Shown piece by piece: positions 1 through 9,954 of a stretch of 64,000 bases of DNA; position 1 is the stretch's first letter; the number at the start of each line of letters is the position of its first letter. The position numbers and the translations under genes were made by a program. Origin of the DNA: an uncultured Chloroflexia bacterium (GTDB taxonomy: Bacteria; Chloroflexota; Limnocylindria; Limnocylindrales; CSP1-4); assembly GCA_963763775.1 (NCBI GenBank), contig CAVXPZ010000002.1, positions 64,001 to 128,000 on the forward strand, given 5' to 3'. The notes below the pieces were generated by a model that saw only the letters and a program-made list of their open reading frames with translations, had not been told where the DNA came from and searched no databases.

Positions 1-485
1 AGGTCGGCCGCCATCCCGGTGCCGAAGAACGTCTGCAGTGTCGGGATCCCGAGATCCCGCGCGGCCGCCGCCGGGCCCGCCGTCGGCTCGATCCCCAGGA
101 CGGGGACACCCCGTTCCATCGCGTGGCGCAGCAGATAGCCGTCGTTGCTCGCGACCTCGACGAGCAGCTTGCCCGGCCCGAGCCGGCCCGTCGCGATCAG
201 CCCTTCGACGTGCTCGAGCGAGTGGGCCAGGAGGTCGTCGGAGTACGACGAGAAGTAGGGATACGCATCATCGAAGATCGCATCGGCCGGCAGCGCGTAC
301 GTGAGCTGCACGAGCGTGCAGGTCTCGCAGAACCCGACGGCGAGCGGGAACCGCGGCTCCTCGCGCGCAAGGTCGTCCTCGCCGAGCAGGGCGTTCGCGA
401 TCGGCGTGGCCCCCAGCGACAGGAACGGCCGCAGCTCGGGCGAGCCGCAGGAACGACAGGTCGCGACGCGAGCGCCCTCAGACAT
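1..485 (-). CDS. SAM-dependent (NDP-sugar C-)methyltransferase, N-terminal part (runs off window)
   Basis: Manual translation from ATG 485 (not in ORF track): MSEGARVATCRSCGSPELRPFLSLGATPIANALL...FCETCTLVQL...YPYFSSYS...VEVASNDGYLL. The Zn-binding CxxC pairs and E(V/I)ASNDG motif are typical of sugar C-methyltransferases. Confidence 0.88.
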   Translation of the reverse strand, partial: MSEGARVATCRSCGSPELRPFLSLGATPIANALLGEDDLAREEPRFPLAVGFCETCTLVQLTYALPADAIFDDAYPYFSSYSDDLLAHSLEHVEGLIATGRLGPGKLLVEVASNDGYLLRHAMERGVPVLGIEPTAGPAAAARDLGIPTLQTFFGTGMAAD

Positions 486-1549
486 CCGAACCCGCGCCCC
501 CCTGGACCGTCGCGACCTGGGGCGACGACACCCACCGGAGCTCCTCGTCGAGCCGGCCGGCTGCCTGGAGCTCGTTGATCCGGGCCAGCCGGGTGTAGCG
601 CGGCCCGTTCAGATCCTCGATCGTGAGGCCGCGGAGGCGATAGGCGTCGGCGAGCTCGCGGATGCCGGCGTCGACGGTCCAGGTGGGCGCGGCCGACGGC
701 ACGCGCTCGTGCAGCTTGGAGAAATCGACGCGGTAGTCCCGGGCGTCCGAGCCGGCGCCATCCGCGAACGTCACCTCGCTCCCGGGGATCGCCGCCTGGA
801 CCAGCTCCGCCACGGTGCGGATCTGCAGGTTCGTGTCGTCCCGGCCGACGTTGAAGGCCTCGTCGTGGATCGTCTCGCGATCGACATCGAGCATCGCGAT
901 GAAGGCGTTGGCGATGTCGCGGACGTGGACCAGCGGCCGCCACTGACGCCCGTCGCTCTGCAGCCGCACCTGCCCGGTCGCATGGGCCCAGCCCGTCAGG
1001 TTGTTGATGACGATGTCGCCCCGGAGGCGCGACGACACGCCGAACGCGGTCGCGTTCCGCAGATACGTCGGCGAGAACGACCGGTCGGCGAGCTCGTGGA
1101 TCGCCTGCTCCGCGAGGATCTTCGACTCGCCATAGGGCGTGACGGGATTGAAGGCCGCGTCCTCGTCGACCGGGGCGTCGCCCGCGGCACCGTACAGGCT
1201 GCACGACGACGAGAAGAGGAACCGCGTCACGCCGGCCGCCTTCGCGACGCGGGCGAGGTCGACCGAGGCGTGGGCGTTCACCGCGTAGGTGGAGGCCGGG
1301 TTCAGGTAGCCGATCGGGTCGTTCGAGATGGCCGCGAGGTGGATCACGGCGTCGATGCCGTCAAGGTCGGCGACGGTCGACGTCCCGGATGTCGCGCTCG
1401 ATCGACGGGATGGCGCCCGGCGCGGGGCCGAAGTCGCACCCGACGTAGAACCCCGTGTCGAGGCCGACGGCTTCGTGGCCCGCCGCAACCAGCATCGGGA
1501 CGAGCACGGCCCCGATATATCCCTCGTGTCCCGTCACGAGTACGCGCAC
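478..1549 (-). CDS. NAD-dependent epimerase/dehydratase (extended SDR), one frameshift near 1375-1385
   Basis: VRVLVTGHEGYIG Rossmann start in one frame; HLAAISNDP, SSSCSLYG and YGESK (YxxxK) continue in another frame. Confidence 0.88.
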
Positions 1550-1676
1550 GTCTGTCCCCCTGGCACGATGGCCCGTCGTCGATGGAACCGGCACACCTCG
1601 GCGCCGGTTGCCAACCATAGCGTCACGGGCCGATCCGGGGAATTGCCTTCGGTGTCACCGCGCACCGGGAAGCGCG

Positions 1677-2276
1677 TCAGCCTGCGGCGGGACCGCCTTC
1701 GGGCGGGGTGTCGCCGAACCACACGGCGAGCTGGTCGCGAAGATCCGCGAGCGCCGGCAGCCCGCGGTCGCGCTCGGAGAGGACCGTCGGCGCGATCGGC
1801 CACGGGATGGCCAGCTCCGGGTCATCCCAGGCCACGCCGACCTCGAGCGCCGGGGCGTACACCGCGTCGTGCTTGTAGCAGATGTCGGCCAGATCGGAGA
1901 GCACGAGGTAGCCGTGCGCACAGCCGGGCGGGACGAACAGCTCGTGGTGCTCCACGTCGTCAAGGAGCACGTGGTCCTGCACGAGGAACGTCGGCGACCA
2001 CGGGCGAAGGTCGACGACGGCCTCGAAGACCGTGCCGCGGGCGCACCGGACGAGCTTGCCCTCCCGGAGCTCGCGACGGCAGTGGAGGCCGCGCAGTGTC
2101 CCCCGGCCGGATCGTGACTGGTTCTCCTGGACGAAGGATGCGGGATCGATCCCGGCGGTCCTGGCCGTGGCGGCGTCGAACGTGCGGACGAAGAAGCCAC
2201 GCTCGTCGCGGATCGGCGCGGGCTCGATGTGCCACGACCCGAAGATGATGCCGGGGCGGATGACGGGCTCGGCCAT
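1677..2276 (-). CDS. rfbC: dTDP-4-dehydrorhamnose 3,5-epimerase family
   Basis: DERGFFVRTF, QENQSRS, TLRGLH, KLVRC, VDLR, VPPGCAHGY and WDDP cupin motifs. Confidence 0.92.
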   Translation of the reverse strand: MAEPVIRPGIIFGSWHIEPAPIRDERGFFVRTFDAATARTAGIDPASFVQENQSRSGRGTLRGLHCRRELREGKLVRCARGTVFEAVVDLRPWSPTFLVQDHVLLDDVEHHELFVPPGCAHGYLVLSDLADICYKHDAVYAPALEVGVAWDDPELAIPWPIAPTVLSERDRGLPALADLRDQLAVWFGDTPPEGGPAAG

Positions 2277-2282
2277 GCCGAT

Positions 2283-3590
2283 ATGATGCCGGATGTGCCC
2301 CACGCCGACGCTTCCCTGACGACCGACGAACTGGCGGCGCTCGCCGCCCGGCTGTACCCCATCCGGCGGAGTCTCACGGGTCCAGGCGTACGCGAGACCC
2401 TTGGCGTGATCGGCGAGGTCATCCCGCTCGACGTCCACGAGGTCCCGACCGGGACCCCGGCCCTGGACTGGACCGTCCCGAGGGAGTGGATCCTGCGCGA
2501 CGCCTGGGTCGAGGACCCGTCCGGCCGACGCGTCATCGATGTCGCCGACCATCCGCTGCATGTCGTCGGGTACAGCGTGCCGGTCGACCTCGAGGTCGAC
2601 CTGGCCGAGCTCCGCGAACACCTCCATGGGATCCCGGAGCGGCCGGACTGGATCCCCTATCGGACGTCCTACTACCGTGAGACGTGGGGGTTCTGCGCCA
2701 CCCAGCGGACGATCGACGCCCTGCCGGAGGGCCGGTATCGCGTCCGGATCGATGCCGACCTGATCGATGGCTCGCTGACCTACGGCGAGCTCGTGATCCC
2801 CGGCGCGAGTCCCGACGAAGTCGTGATCACCACGCACATCTGTCATCCGGCCATGGCCAATGACAACGCCTCGGGCATGACGGTGGCCACCGCGCTCGCC
2901 CACTGGCTTGCCACAGGATCGCGCCGCCTGACCTATCGGATCCTGTTCCTGCCGGGCACGATCGGCTCGCTGACCTGGCTCGGGCGCCACCGCGACGACC
3001 TCGGCCGGATCCGCCACGGCCTGACGCTCGCGGGGATCGGCGATCGCGGCGACCACACGTACAAGCAGACCGAGGCGGAGGGCGCGCCGATCGATCGGGC
3101 GGTCGCCCTGGCCCTGCGGGATGCCGGCGCGCCGTACCAGGTCCGGCCGTTCTCGCCGTGGGGGTATGACGAGCGACAGTTCAACTCCCCGGGGTTCCGG
3201 CTGCCGGTCGGGCTGCTGATGCGGACGCCGCACGGCACGTACCCCGAGTACCACACCTCCGCGGACGACCTCGGCTTCATCGACACGGACCAGCTCTCGG
3301 AGAGCGTCGCCGTGCTGCGGCAGGTCGTCGCGATCCTCGAGCGCGACCGGTCGGTCCGCAACCTGGAGCCGTTCGGCGAGCCACAGCTGGGTCGGCGAGG
3401 CCTGTACGGCATGGTCGGCGGCCGGAGCGGCGTGGCGCTGGACGAGCTGGCCATCCTGTGGGTCCTCAACCAGGGCGACGGACGGCATCGGCTCATCGAT
3501 ATCGCCGAGCGAAGCGACCTGCCGTTCGAACGCATCGCCGACGCGGCCGACGCCCTCGAGGCCGCCGGGTTGCTCGAGGCGACCTGGTGA
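2283..3590 (+). CDS. DUF4910 (M28 aminopeptidase-like plus C-terminal winged HTH) protein; start may be GTG 2295
   Basis: LYPIRRSLTGPGVRETL, DWTVPREW, IPYRTSYY, HICHPAMANDNASG, GYDERQF, YHTSADD, EPQLGRRGLY. Confidence 0.9.
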   Translation: MMPDVPHADASLTTDELAALAARLYPIRRSLTGPGVRETLGVIGEVIPLDVHEVPTGTPALDWTVPREWILRDAWVEDPSGRRVIDVADHPLHVVGYSVPVDLEVDLAELREHLHGIPERPDWIPYRTSYYRETWGFCATQRTIDALPEGRYRVRIDADLIDGSLTYGELVIPGASPDEVVITTHICHPAMANDNASGMTVATALAHWLATGSRRLTYRILFLPGTIGSLTWLGRHRDDLGRIRHGLTLAGIGDRGDHTYKQTEAEGAPIDRAVALALRDAGAPYQVRPFSPWGYDERQFNSPGFRLPVGLLMRTPHGTYPEYHTSADDLGFIDTDQLSESVAVLRQVVAILERDRSVRNLEPFGEPQLGRRGLYGMVGGRSGVALDELAILWVLNQGDGRHRLIDIAERSDLPFERIADAADALEAAGLLEATW

Positions 3591-3705
3591 TCCGACCGGT
3601 GCCGCCGGTCACCACCGAAGGCCCGGCGGGTCCCGCTCGCACCAGGACCTTTGGCACACTGGGGCCGAAGGACGGCGCGGTCGCCGTCGGCCGATGGGGG
3701 AATCC

Positions 3706-4497
3706 GTGAAGGTCGTCCTGTTCTGCGGGGGTCAGGGGCTCCGCCTGCGCGAGTACAGCGAGGCGATCCCGAAGCCCATGGTGCCCATCGGGACGCGCCC
3801 GATCCTGTGGCACGTCATGCGCTACTACGCCCATTTCGGCCATCGCGACTTCGTGCTGTGCCTCGGGTATCGCGCCGAGGTGGTGAAGGATTACTTCCTC
3901 CGGTACAACGAGGCGATCTCGAACGACTTCGTCCTGACCGAGGGCGGCCGGTCCCTGGAGCTGCTCAGCACGGATATCGACGATTGGCGGATCACCTTCG
4001 CGGACACGGGACTGCTGGCCAACATCGGGCAGCGGCTGCGGGCCGTCCGCCGGCATCTCGGCGACGACGACATGTTCCTCGCCAACTACGGCGACACCCT
4101 CACCGACGCGCCGCTCGACGAGCTGATCGAGACGTTCCGCCAGTCCGACAAGGTCGCGGCGTTCCTGGCGATCCGACCGACCTACAGCTTCCACCTCGTC
4201 GACACGGAGCAGGACGGCACCGTCCGCGGGATCGAGCACGTCCAGGAATCGGGCACGAGGATCAACGGCGGCTACTTCATCTTCCGCCGCGAGATCTTCG
4301 ACTACATCAACGACGGCGACGAGCTCGTGGAGGAGCCGTTCGTCCGACTCGTCGAGCAGCGAAAGCTGATGGCGTTCCGGTACGACGGGTTCTGGGCACC
4401 GATGGACACGCTCAAGGACAAGCAGGAACGCGACGCGGAATGGGACCAGGGCGACCCGCCGTGGGCGGTCTGGCGACGCGGGGACCAGGCGCCTTGA
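3706..4497 (+). CDS. rfbF: Glucose-1-phosphate cytidylyltransferase / sugar-phosphate nucleotidyltransferase
   Basis: VVLFCGGQGLRLRE, PKPMVPIG, CLGY, NYGD, INGGYF, FWAPMDTLKD. Confidence 0.9.
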   Translation: MKVVLFCGGQGLRLREYSEAIPKPMVPIGTRPILWHVMRYYAHFGHRDFVLCLGYRAEVVKDYFLRYNEAISNDFVLTEGGRSLELLSTDIDDWRITFADTGLLANIGQRLRAVRRHLGDDDMFLANYGDTLTDAPLDELIETFRQSDKVAAFLAIRPTYSFHLVDTEQDGTVRGIEHVQESGTRINGGYFIFRREIFDYINDGDELVEEPFVRLVEQRKLMAFRYDGFWAPMDTLKDKQERDAEWDQGDPPWAVWRRGDQAP

Positions 4498-5142
4498 TCC
4501 AACCGCTGGCATTGCCGGCCGCCCCGCTTCGTCTCCTGTGCATCGGCGCCCACCCGGACGACATCGAGATCGGGGCGGGCGGGACGATCGCACGGCTGGC
4601 CGGCGAAGGCCGTCTCGCCGAGGTCCATTGGCTCGTGCTCACCGGGTCAGATGCGCGAGCGGCGGAAGCGCGGGCGGGCGCGAAGGCCTTCCTCGAGGAC
4701 GGCCCGGCGGCCAGCCTGACGCTGCATGCGTTCCGCGACGGCTTCCTCCCGACGCAGCAGGCGGAGGTCAAGCTCGCGTTCGAGGCCCTGAAGGGCACGA
4801 TCGAGCCGGACCTCATCCTCACCCATCGTCGCGAGGACCTCCATCAGGACCATCGGCTCGTCGCCGAGCTGACGTGGAACACCTTCCGCGACCACCTGAT
4901 CCTCGAGTACGAGATCGCCAAGTACGAGGGTGACCTCGGCTCGCCGAACGTCTACGTCGCCCTCCCCGACGGCGGCATCGAGGCGAAGGTCGAACGACTG
5001 CTCCGGGTCTTCGGAAGCCAGCACGGCCGCGATTGGTTCGAGCCCGAGGTCTTCCGTGGCCTGGCGCGGATCCGTGGCATGGAATGCCGGGCCCCGAGCG
5101 GATACGCCGAGGCATTCACGGGCCGCAAGATCCGGACTCTGA
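4494..5142 (+). CDS. PIG-L/LmbE family deacetylase (stop probably displaced by a 1-nt insertion near 5136)
   Basis: GAHPDDIEIG and HQDH metal motifs, YEIAKYEGDLG, ends AEAFTGRKIR. A TGA at 5140-5142 overlaps the next ATG. Confidence 0.88.
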
Positions 5143-6083
5143 TGGCGCCCGTCAAGCTCGGGGCCCTGCTCTGGAGCCAGTACACCGGCTGGAACGAGCT
5201 CCTCGAGGCCGCGCAGCGCGCCGACCGACTCGGCTACGACACGTTGTGGACGTGGGACCACGTCATGCCGGTCGTCGGCGACCCGGACGGACCGATCTTC
5301 GAAGGATGGTCGACGCTCGCCGCCTGGGCCCACGCGACCGACCGCATCCGCCTCGGGCTCATGGTCGGCGCCAACACGTTCCGACCGCCGGGCCTGACGG
5401 CGAAACTGGTCACGACCCTGGACCATATCTCGAACGGCCGGGCGATCCTCGGGATCGGCTCAGCCTGGTTCGAACCCGAGCATCTCGCCTTCGGGATCCC
5501 GTTCGGGTCCGGGGCGCCGGAGCGTCTCCGATGGCTCGCCGAGGCCCTGCCGGTCATCCGGTCGATGCTCGATGGACGTCCGGCGACCTCATCCGGCCCC
5601 CGCTACGCGGTCCAGGGAGCCCGCAATGACCCCGTGCCGGTCCAGGCGCATCTCCCGATCCTCATCGGTGGGGGCGGGGTCGACGTGACCCTCAAGCTCG
5701 TCGCCCGGTACGGCGATGCGAACAACATCGGCGGGGGCGTGGAGAACGTGCGTCGGAAGGACGAGATCCTCGTCCGGCACTGCGAAGCCATCGGCCGGGA
5801 CCCGGCGGAGATCGAGCGCACGTCCGGCCTCGGCACCGTCGTCATCAGGGATTTGCGACGGGAGGCCGTCAAGGTCCAGCGCGAGATCTTCGAACGGCAA
5901 GGCCGCGCCGAGGTCTGGGCCGACCAGCCGGTCGGCACCCCCGAGGACGTCGCCGAGCGCATCCTCGCCTACATGGACATCGGGTATCGCCACCTGACCG
6001 CCGGGTTCCCTGGCCCGCACGACGAGGAGTCGATGGTCCGCCTCGCCGGTGAGGTCCGCGCGATGGTCGATCGAGCGGGCTAG
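5142..6083 (+). CDS. LLM-class (luciferase-like, possibly F420-dependent) oxidoreductase
   Basis: GYDTLWTWDH, EGWSTLAAWA, TLDHISNGRAILGIG, PILIGGGG. Confidence 0.9.
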   Translation: MAPVKLGALLWSQYTGWNELLEAAQRADRLGYDTLWTWDHVMPVVGDPDGPIFEGWSTLAAWAHATDRIRLGLMVGANTFRPPGLTAKLVTTLDHISNGRAILGIGSAWFEPEHLAFGIPFGSGAPERLRWLAEALPVIRSMLDGRPATSSGPRYAVQGARNDPVPVQAHLPILIGGGGVDVTLKLVARYGDANNIGGGVENVRRKDEILVRHCEAIGRDPAEIERTSGLGTVVIRDLRREAVKVQREIFERQGRAEVWADQPVGTPEDVAERILAYMDIGYRHLTAGFPGPHDEESMVRLAGEVRAMVDRAG

Positions 6084-9000
6084 CTACCGACCCCGGCGGT
6101 CCGATGGGCCGCCACCTGGGTGGCCGTCAGGACCTTCGCGTAGACCGCGACCTCGTCGAGGATCACGTTCCCGAACTTGGTGCCGTCGTTCCACCGGCCC
6201 ATCCACAGGTTGGTGGTCGACGTCGCGAGCGTCCGGTCGGTCACCGTGCCCGTCACGTCGGCGCCGTCCTTGTAGAGCTTCACGGCCGAACCGTTCTTGG
6301 TGAAGACCACGTGATGCCACGTCGTCGTGTCCGTGGTCGTCCCGGTCTCCGCCACGATGATCCCGCCGCCGTTCTTGCTCACGGTCAGCTTGTTCGTGGT
6401 GCCGGAGATGTCGATCTGGTAGGCGTTCGGCCCGTCGTCGAGGAGGGCCTGCATGCCGGTCGCCGTCTTGCGCTTGAACCAGAACTCGATCGAGAGCGGG
6501 CCGTTCCCGAGTGCCGGGACCGACGATCCCGGCACGCCGACATAGCCACTCGTCCCGTCGAGCGACACCGCGCCGTTGGCATCGCCGGTGATCGCCCCGG
6601 CGACACCGCGCGTCAGCGTCCCGCCATACCAGCCGGTCCGGGTCCCGACGGCGTCCGTGGCGATGATCCCGGTCGTGTCACCAAGACGCCAGTACGCGGA
6701 CGGGCCGTCGGCGATGACCGTGTCCTTGTACGAGGCGGTCGACCCGGACGACGCGTACGTGGCGGTGAACGTGGCAGCCGCCGCGGCGCTCACCTGGTGG
6801 CTGGCCGCGCCGGCGTCGGACCAGTTCGAGAACGTGTAGTTGGTCCCGGCAAGCGACTGCGGCGTCGGCGCGGTCACCGACACCACGCCGCCCTTGATCG
6901 CCGTGTGGTCGTAGGGGGTCGTATGCGACACGCCGGTCACGGTCACCGACAGCCCCGAGGGCACCGAGCGGAACGAGAGGACGACGGTCTTCGGGTCGAG
7001 ACGGAGGGTGGTCGACGCGGACACATTGGCCGAATTGGTCGCGGTCAGCGTGAGCTCGAGCCATGACGGGTAGTCGTGATCCGGCGCGGCGAACGACCCG
7101 GTCGCGACACCGGCGAACGTCTGGAGCTGGTGGGTGTGGCAATTGGATGGGCAGTGCTGGAGGACGAGCTGCCAGGACAACCTGGTCGCGGGCTCGGTGA
7201 CATCCTCGGTGTCGGTCGCGTGGCCGGTGAAGGAGATCTGGTCGCCGACCGCCCAGGTCGTCCCGGTCAGGGGCGTGTCGATGACGGGGACCGGCGGGTT
7301 GTTCGACGCGGTGCCCACGGAGATCTGGACGCTCGCGGTCGCGCTCGCACCACCGGTGTCCGTCACGCGCAGGCCGACCGTGACGATGCCGGCCGTCGTG
7401 TAGGTCCGGCTCGGGGTCGCGCTCGTCGAGTCGTTGTACTGGCCGTTGCCGTCGAGGTCCCACGCGTAGGTCAGGGCCGTGTTCTCCGGATCGGAGGACG
7501 TCGTGCCCGAGAAGGAGACCGCCAAGGGGGCCGTCCCGGATGTGGGGTTGGCGACGATCCGCGCCGTCGGCGGCTGATTGGTCGACGTGGACGTGATCCG
7601 GCGGATCGTCCCGCCGTCGAAGTCGACGTAGAAGATGTCGCCGCCCGGCCCGACCTCGAGCTTGACGGGATTGGCCGCCGGCGACGCGATCACGCGGATG
7701 TTCGCCGGGTCGGGCAGGCCGTTGGAGCCGGGCAGCATCGCCCAGATGCAGTCCCGGGAGTTGTCCGCGAAGAACAGGGCATTGCGGTACTCGGCCGGGT
7801 ACGACGTCCCGGTGTAGAACGCGATCCCCGCGATCGCCGAGCTCCCGACCGCGCACCCGTCGCCGTTGAGGACGCTCGACGCGTGGTTGTACGTGAAGTA
7901 CGGGGCCGTGACGGGGTTGGCGCTGTCGGCATAGAGGCTCGAGCAGATCGGTAGCGAGGCATAGCCCGGCTGCTGGCCGACCCCCTCGTAGCACGGCCAT
8001 CCGAAGTTGCGCAGCGAGGTGGTCGACGTGATCCGGTCGATCTCCTCCCAGTCGCTCCATCCGACGTCGCCGACCCAGATCTCGCTGGTGCCCGGACGGA
8101 ACGTGTATCGGAACGGGTTGCGCATGCCGTAAGCGATGATCCGGCGAGCATTCGCGTCGGTCGACGAGGCAAGGGGGTTCGTCGGCATCCCCGCGCCCGT
8201 GGCCGGGTCGATCCGGATGATCGAACCGTTCAACGCCACCGGGTCCGACGCGCCGCCGCCACTCCCGCCGGCGAGGCCGGCCTGGTAATGGGCGAGGGCC
8301 TTCGCGCCCGACAGGGCGGTCCCGTAGATCGCCACGTCGTCGAGCACGACGTTCGCGAAGGCCGTGCCGTCGTTCCACCGCCCCAGCCACAGGTTCGTCG
8401 TCGAGTTGGTGAGGGTGGCGTCGGTGCCCGGCGCGGTGACGTCCACGCCGTCTCGATAGATCTTGGTGGTGGCCCCGCTCTTGGTGATGACGAAGTGGTG
8501 GAACGTCGTGGTATCCGTCGTCGCCGTGGACTCCTTGGCCAGGATGGCACCGCCGTTCTTCGCCACGGTGAGCTTGCCGTCAGAGCCGGAGAAGGTGATC
8601 TGGTACGAGCCTGGCCCCCGATCAAGGATCGCCTGGTTGCCCGTCGTGCTCTTGCGCTTCACCCAGAACTCGACGCTGAACGGGCCGTTGGCGAGGTCGA
8701 GCGGGGTGTAGTCGGGCACGCCGACATAGCCCGACGTTCCGTCGAGCGACACCGCGCCGTCCGTGTCACCGACGATCGCGCCGGCGACGCCGCGCGTCGA
8801 GGTGCCGCCGTACCAGCCGGTCTGGGTCCCGATCTGGTCGTTGACGAGGATGCCCGTCGGCTCGCCGAGCCGCCAGTACACGAGCGGCGCGTCGGCCAGC
8901 ACCGTCGACCGGTAGCTCAGCCCCGAGCCGCCGCTGGACGGCATGGTGCGCAGGTCCTGCGCGCGAAGGGCGCCGCCCTCATTGTTGGGGTCACCGCACG

Positions 9001-9757
9001 GGTTCTTCGGGGTCTGGCTGCCGCTGCTGCCCCCGAACTGCCCCCAGTCCGCGTTCGTGAAGCTCGCCCCGTCACCGCCGGAGACGTACAGCGCACCGTC
9101 GCTGCCGAACTGCATATCGCCGATGGAGTGGCTCGGGAACTGCTGGCACCAGTCGTTGATCAGCACGGTCTCCGAGCCGGTCATCACGTTGCCGGCGGCC
9201 TGGAGCCGCGAGACGCGGCTGCTGACCACGCAGCCGTCGGTGTTCGGTCCCGGCGGGTTCGGGCAGGCGTCGTTCCAGACGGGGGCCGTGCCGTTGATCG
9301 GCGCGTCGTAGGTATAGGCGACGTAGACGTACGGATCGGTCGGGAAATTCGGGGCGAGCACCATCCCGAGGAGCCCGCGGTCCCAGTAGTCATCGACCTT
9401 CGTCCGCAGATCCGCGAAGACGGTCGAGGTGGTCGCGGAGAGCGAGGCGAAGACCTTGATGAGCCCGCTCTTCTCGGCCACGAACACGCGTCCGTCGGAG
9501 GCGAACCGGACGTTGGTCGGGAAGGTGAGCCCGGAGATCGTGGTCGTCTCCGCCAGGCCGGTCGCGATGGACTGGGTCGAGAACGACCCGACCGTCGCGC
9601 GATGGGTGCCCACGGCCGCCCCGGCGTCCTCGCCCAGGAACGGGCGCGCGCTCGGGTCCGCCGCCGCGGCCGGCGAGACCGGCCCGACCGCGACCCCAAG
9701 CAGGGCCATCAGGACGACGGCCGTGGTGGCCGACCGTCCCATCCGTAGACGCCGCAC
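6080..9757 (-). CDS. Secreted PQQ-dependent glucose/sorbosone dehydrogenase-like protein with two LamG domains and a PKD domain
   Basis: Signal peptide ending PAAAA|D, then DGRVFVAEK, DRGLLG, QQFPSHSIG, GMRNPFR, GDVGWSDWEEID. PKD: TAPLAVSFSG...YAWDLDG. Two YWRLG(E/D)...LD(D/E)VA(I/V)Y LamG repeats. RBS GGGAGG precedes GTG 9757. Confidence 0.88.
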   Translation of the reverse strand: MRRLRMGRSATTAVVLMALLGVAVGPVSPAAAADPSARPFLGEDAGAAVGTHRATVGSFSTQSIATGLAETTTISGLTFPTNVRFASDGRVFVAEKSGLIKVFASLSATTSTVFADLRTKVDDYWDRGLLGMVLAPNFPTDPYVYVAYTYDAPINGTAPVWNDACPNPPGPNTDGCVVSSRVSRLQAAGNVMTGSETVLINDWCQQFPSHSIGDMQFGSDGALYVSGGDGASFTNADWGQFGGSSGSQTPKNPCGDPNNEGGALRAQDLRTMPSSGGSGLSYRSTVLADAPLVYWRLGEPTGILVNDQIGTQTGWYGGTSTRGVAGAIVGDTDGAVSLDGTSGYVGVPDYTPLDLANGPFSVEFWVKRKSTTGNQAILDRGPGSYQITFSGSDGKLTVAKNGGAILAKESTATTDTTTFHHFVITKSGATTKIYRDGVDVTAPGTDATLTNSTTNLWLGRWNDGTAFANVVLDDVAIYGTALSGAKALAHYQAGLAGGSGGGASDPVALNGSIIRIDPATGAGMPTNPLASSTDANARRIIAYGMRNPFRYTFRPGTSEIWVGDVGWSDWEEIDRITSTTSLRNFGWPCYEGVGQQPGYASLPICSSLYADSANPVTAPYFTYNHASSVLNGDGCAVGSSAIAGIAFYTGTSYPAEYRNALFFADNSRDCIWAMLPGSNGLPDPANIRVIASPAANPVKLEVGPGGDIFYVDFDGGTIRRITSTSTNQPPTARIVANPTSGTAPLAVSFSGTTSSDPENTALTYAWDLDGNGQYNDSTSATPSRTYTTAGIVTVGLRVTDTGGASATASVQISVGTASNNPPVPVIDTPLTGTTWAVGDQISFTGHATDTEDVTEPATRLSWQLVLQHCPSNCHTHQLQTFAGVATGSFAAPDHDYPSWLELTLTATNSANVSASTTLRLDPKTVVLSFRSVPSGLSVTVTGVSHTTPYDHTAIKGGVVSVTAPTPQSLAGTNYTFSNWSDAGAASHQVSAAAAATFTATYASSGSTASYKDTVIADGPSAYWRLGDTTGIIATDAVGTRTGWYGGTLTRGVAGAITGDANGAVSLDGTSGYVGVPGSSVPALGNGPLSIEFWFKRKTATGMQALLDDGPNAYQIDISGTTNKLTVSKNGGGIIVAETGTTTDTTTWHHVVFTKNGSAVKLYKDGADVTGTVTDRTLATSTTNLWMGRWNDGTKFGNVILDEVAVYAKVLTATQVAAHRTAGVGS

Positions 9758-9884
9758 GTGACCCTCCCCCGGCACCCTTCGACCCACGCATCCGCGGCGG
9801 AAGACGACCCGTTGGTGCTCGGGTCGCGAACCGACCCGGACCGCCGGTTTCCTGGGGATCCGCGCGCTGTGTGGTTGAGGTGGA

Positions 9885-9914
9885 GACTAGGCCGGTCCGG
9901 TGGGGTGCGTCAAC
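9885..9914 (-). promoter_or_regulatory. Sigma70-like promoter for the dehydrogenase gene (TTGACG-N18-TAGTCT)
   Basis: The minus strand reads ttgacg caccccaccggaccggcc tagtct about 130 nt upstream of the start. Confidence 0.5.
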
Positions 9915-9954
9915 CAGAATCCGGTGCACCCAGGCACCTGCCGCCCGGCCGGCC

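Noticed and set aside
4494-6083. Apparent PIG-L deacetylase-LLM oxidoreductase fusion (810-aa ORF)
   Set aside because: Removing one base near 5136 gives ...RKIRL* with a TGATG stop/start overlap. It is most likely two genes joined by an insertion error.
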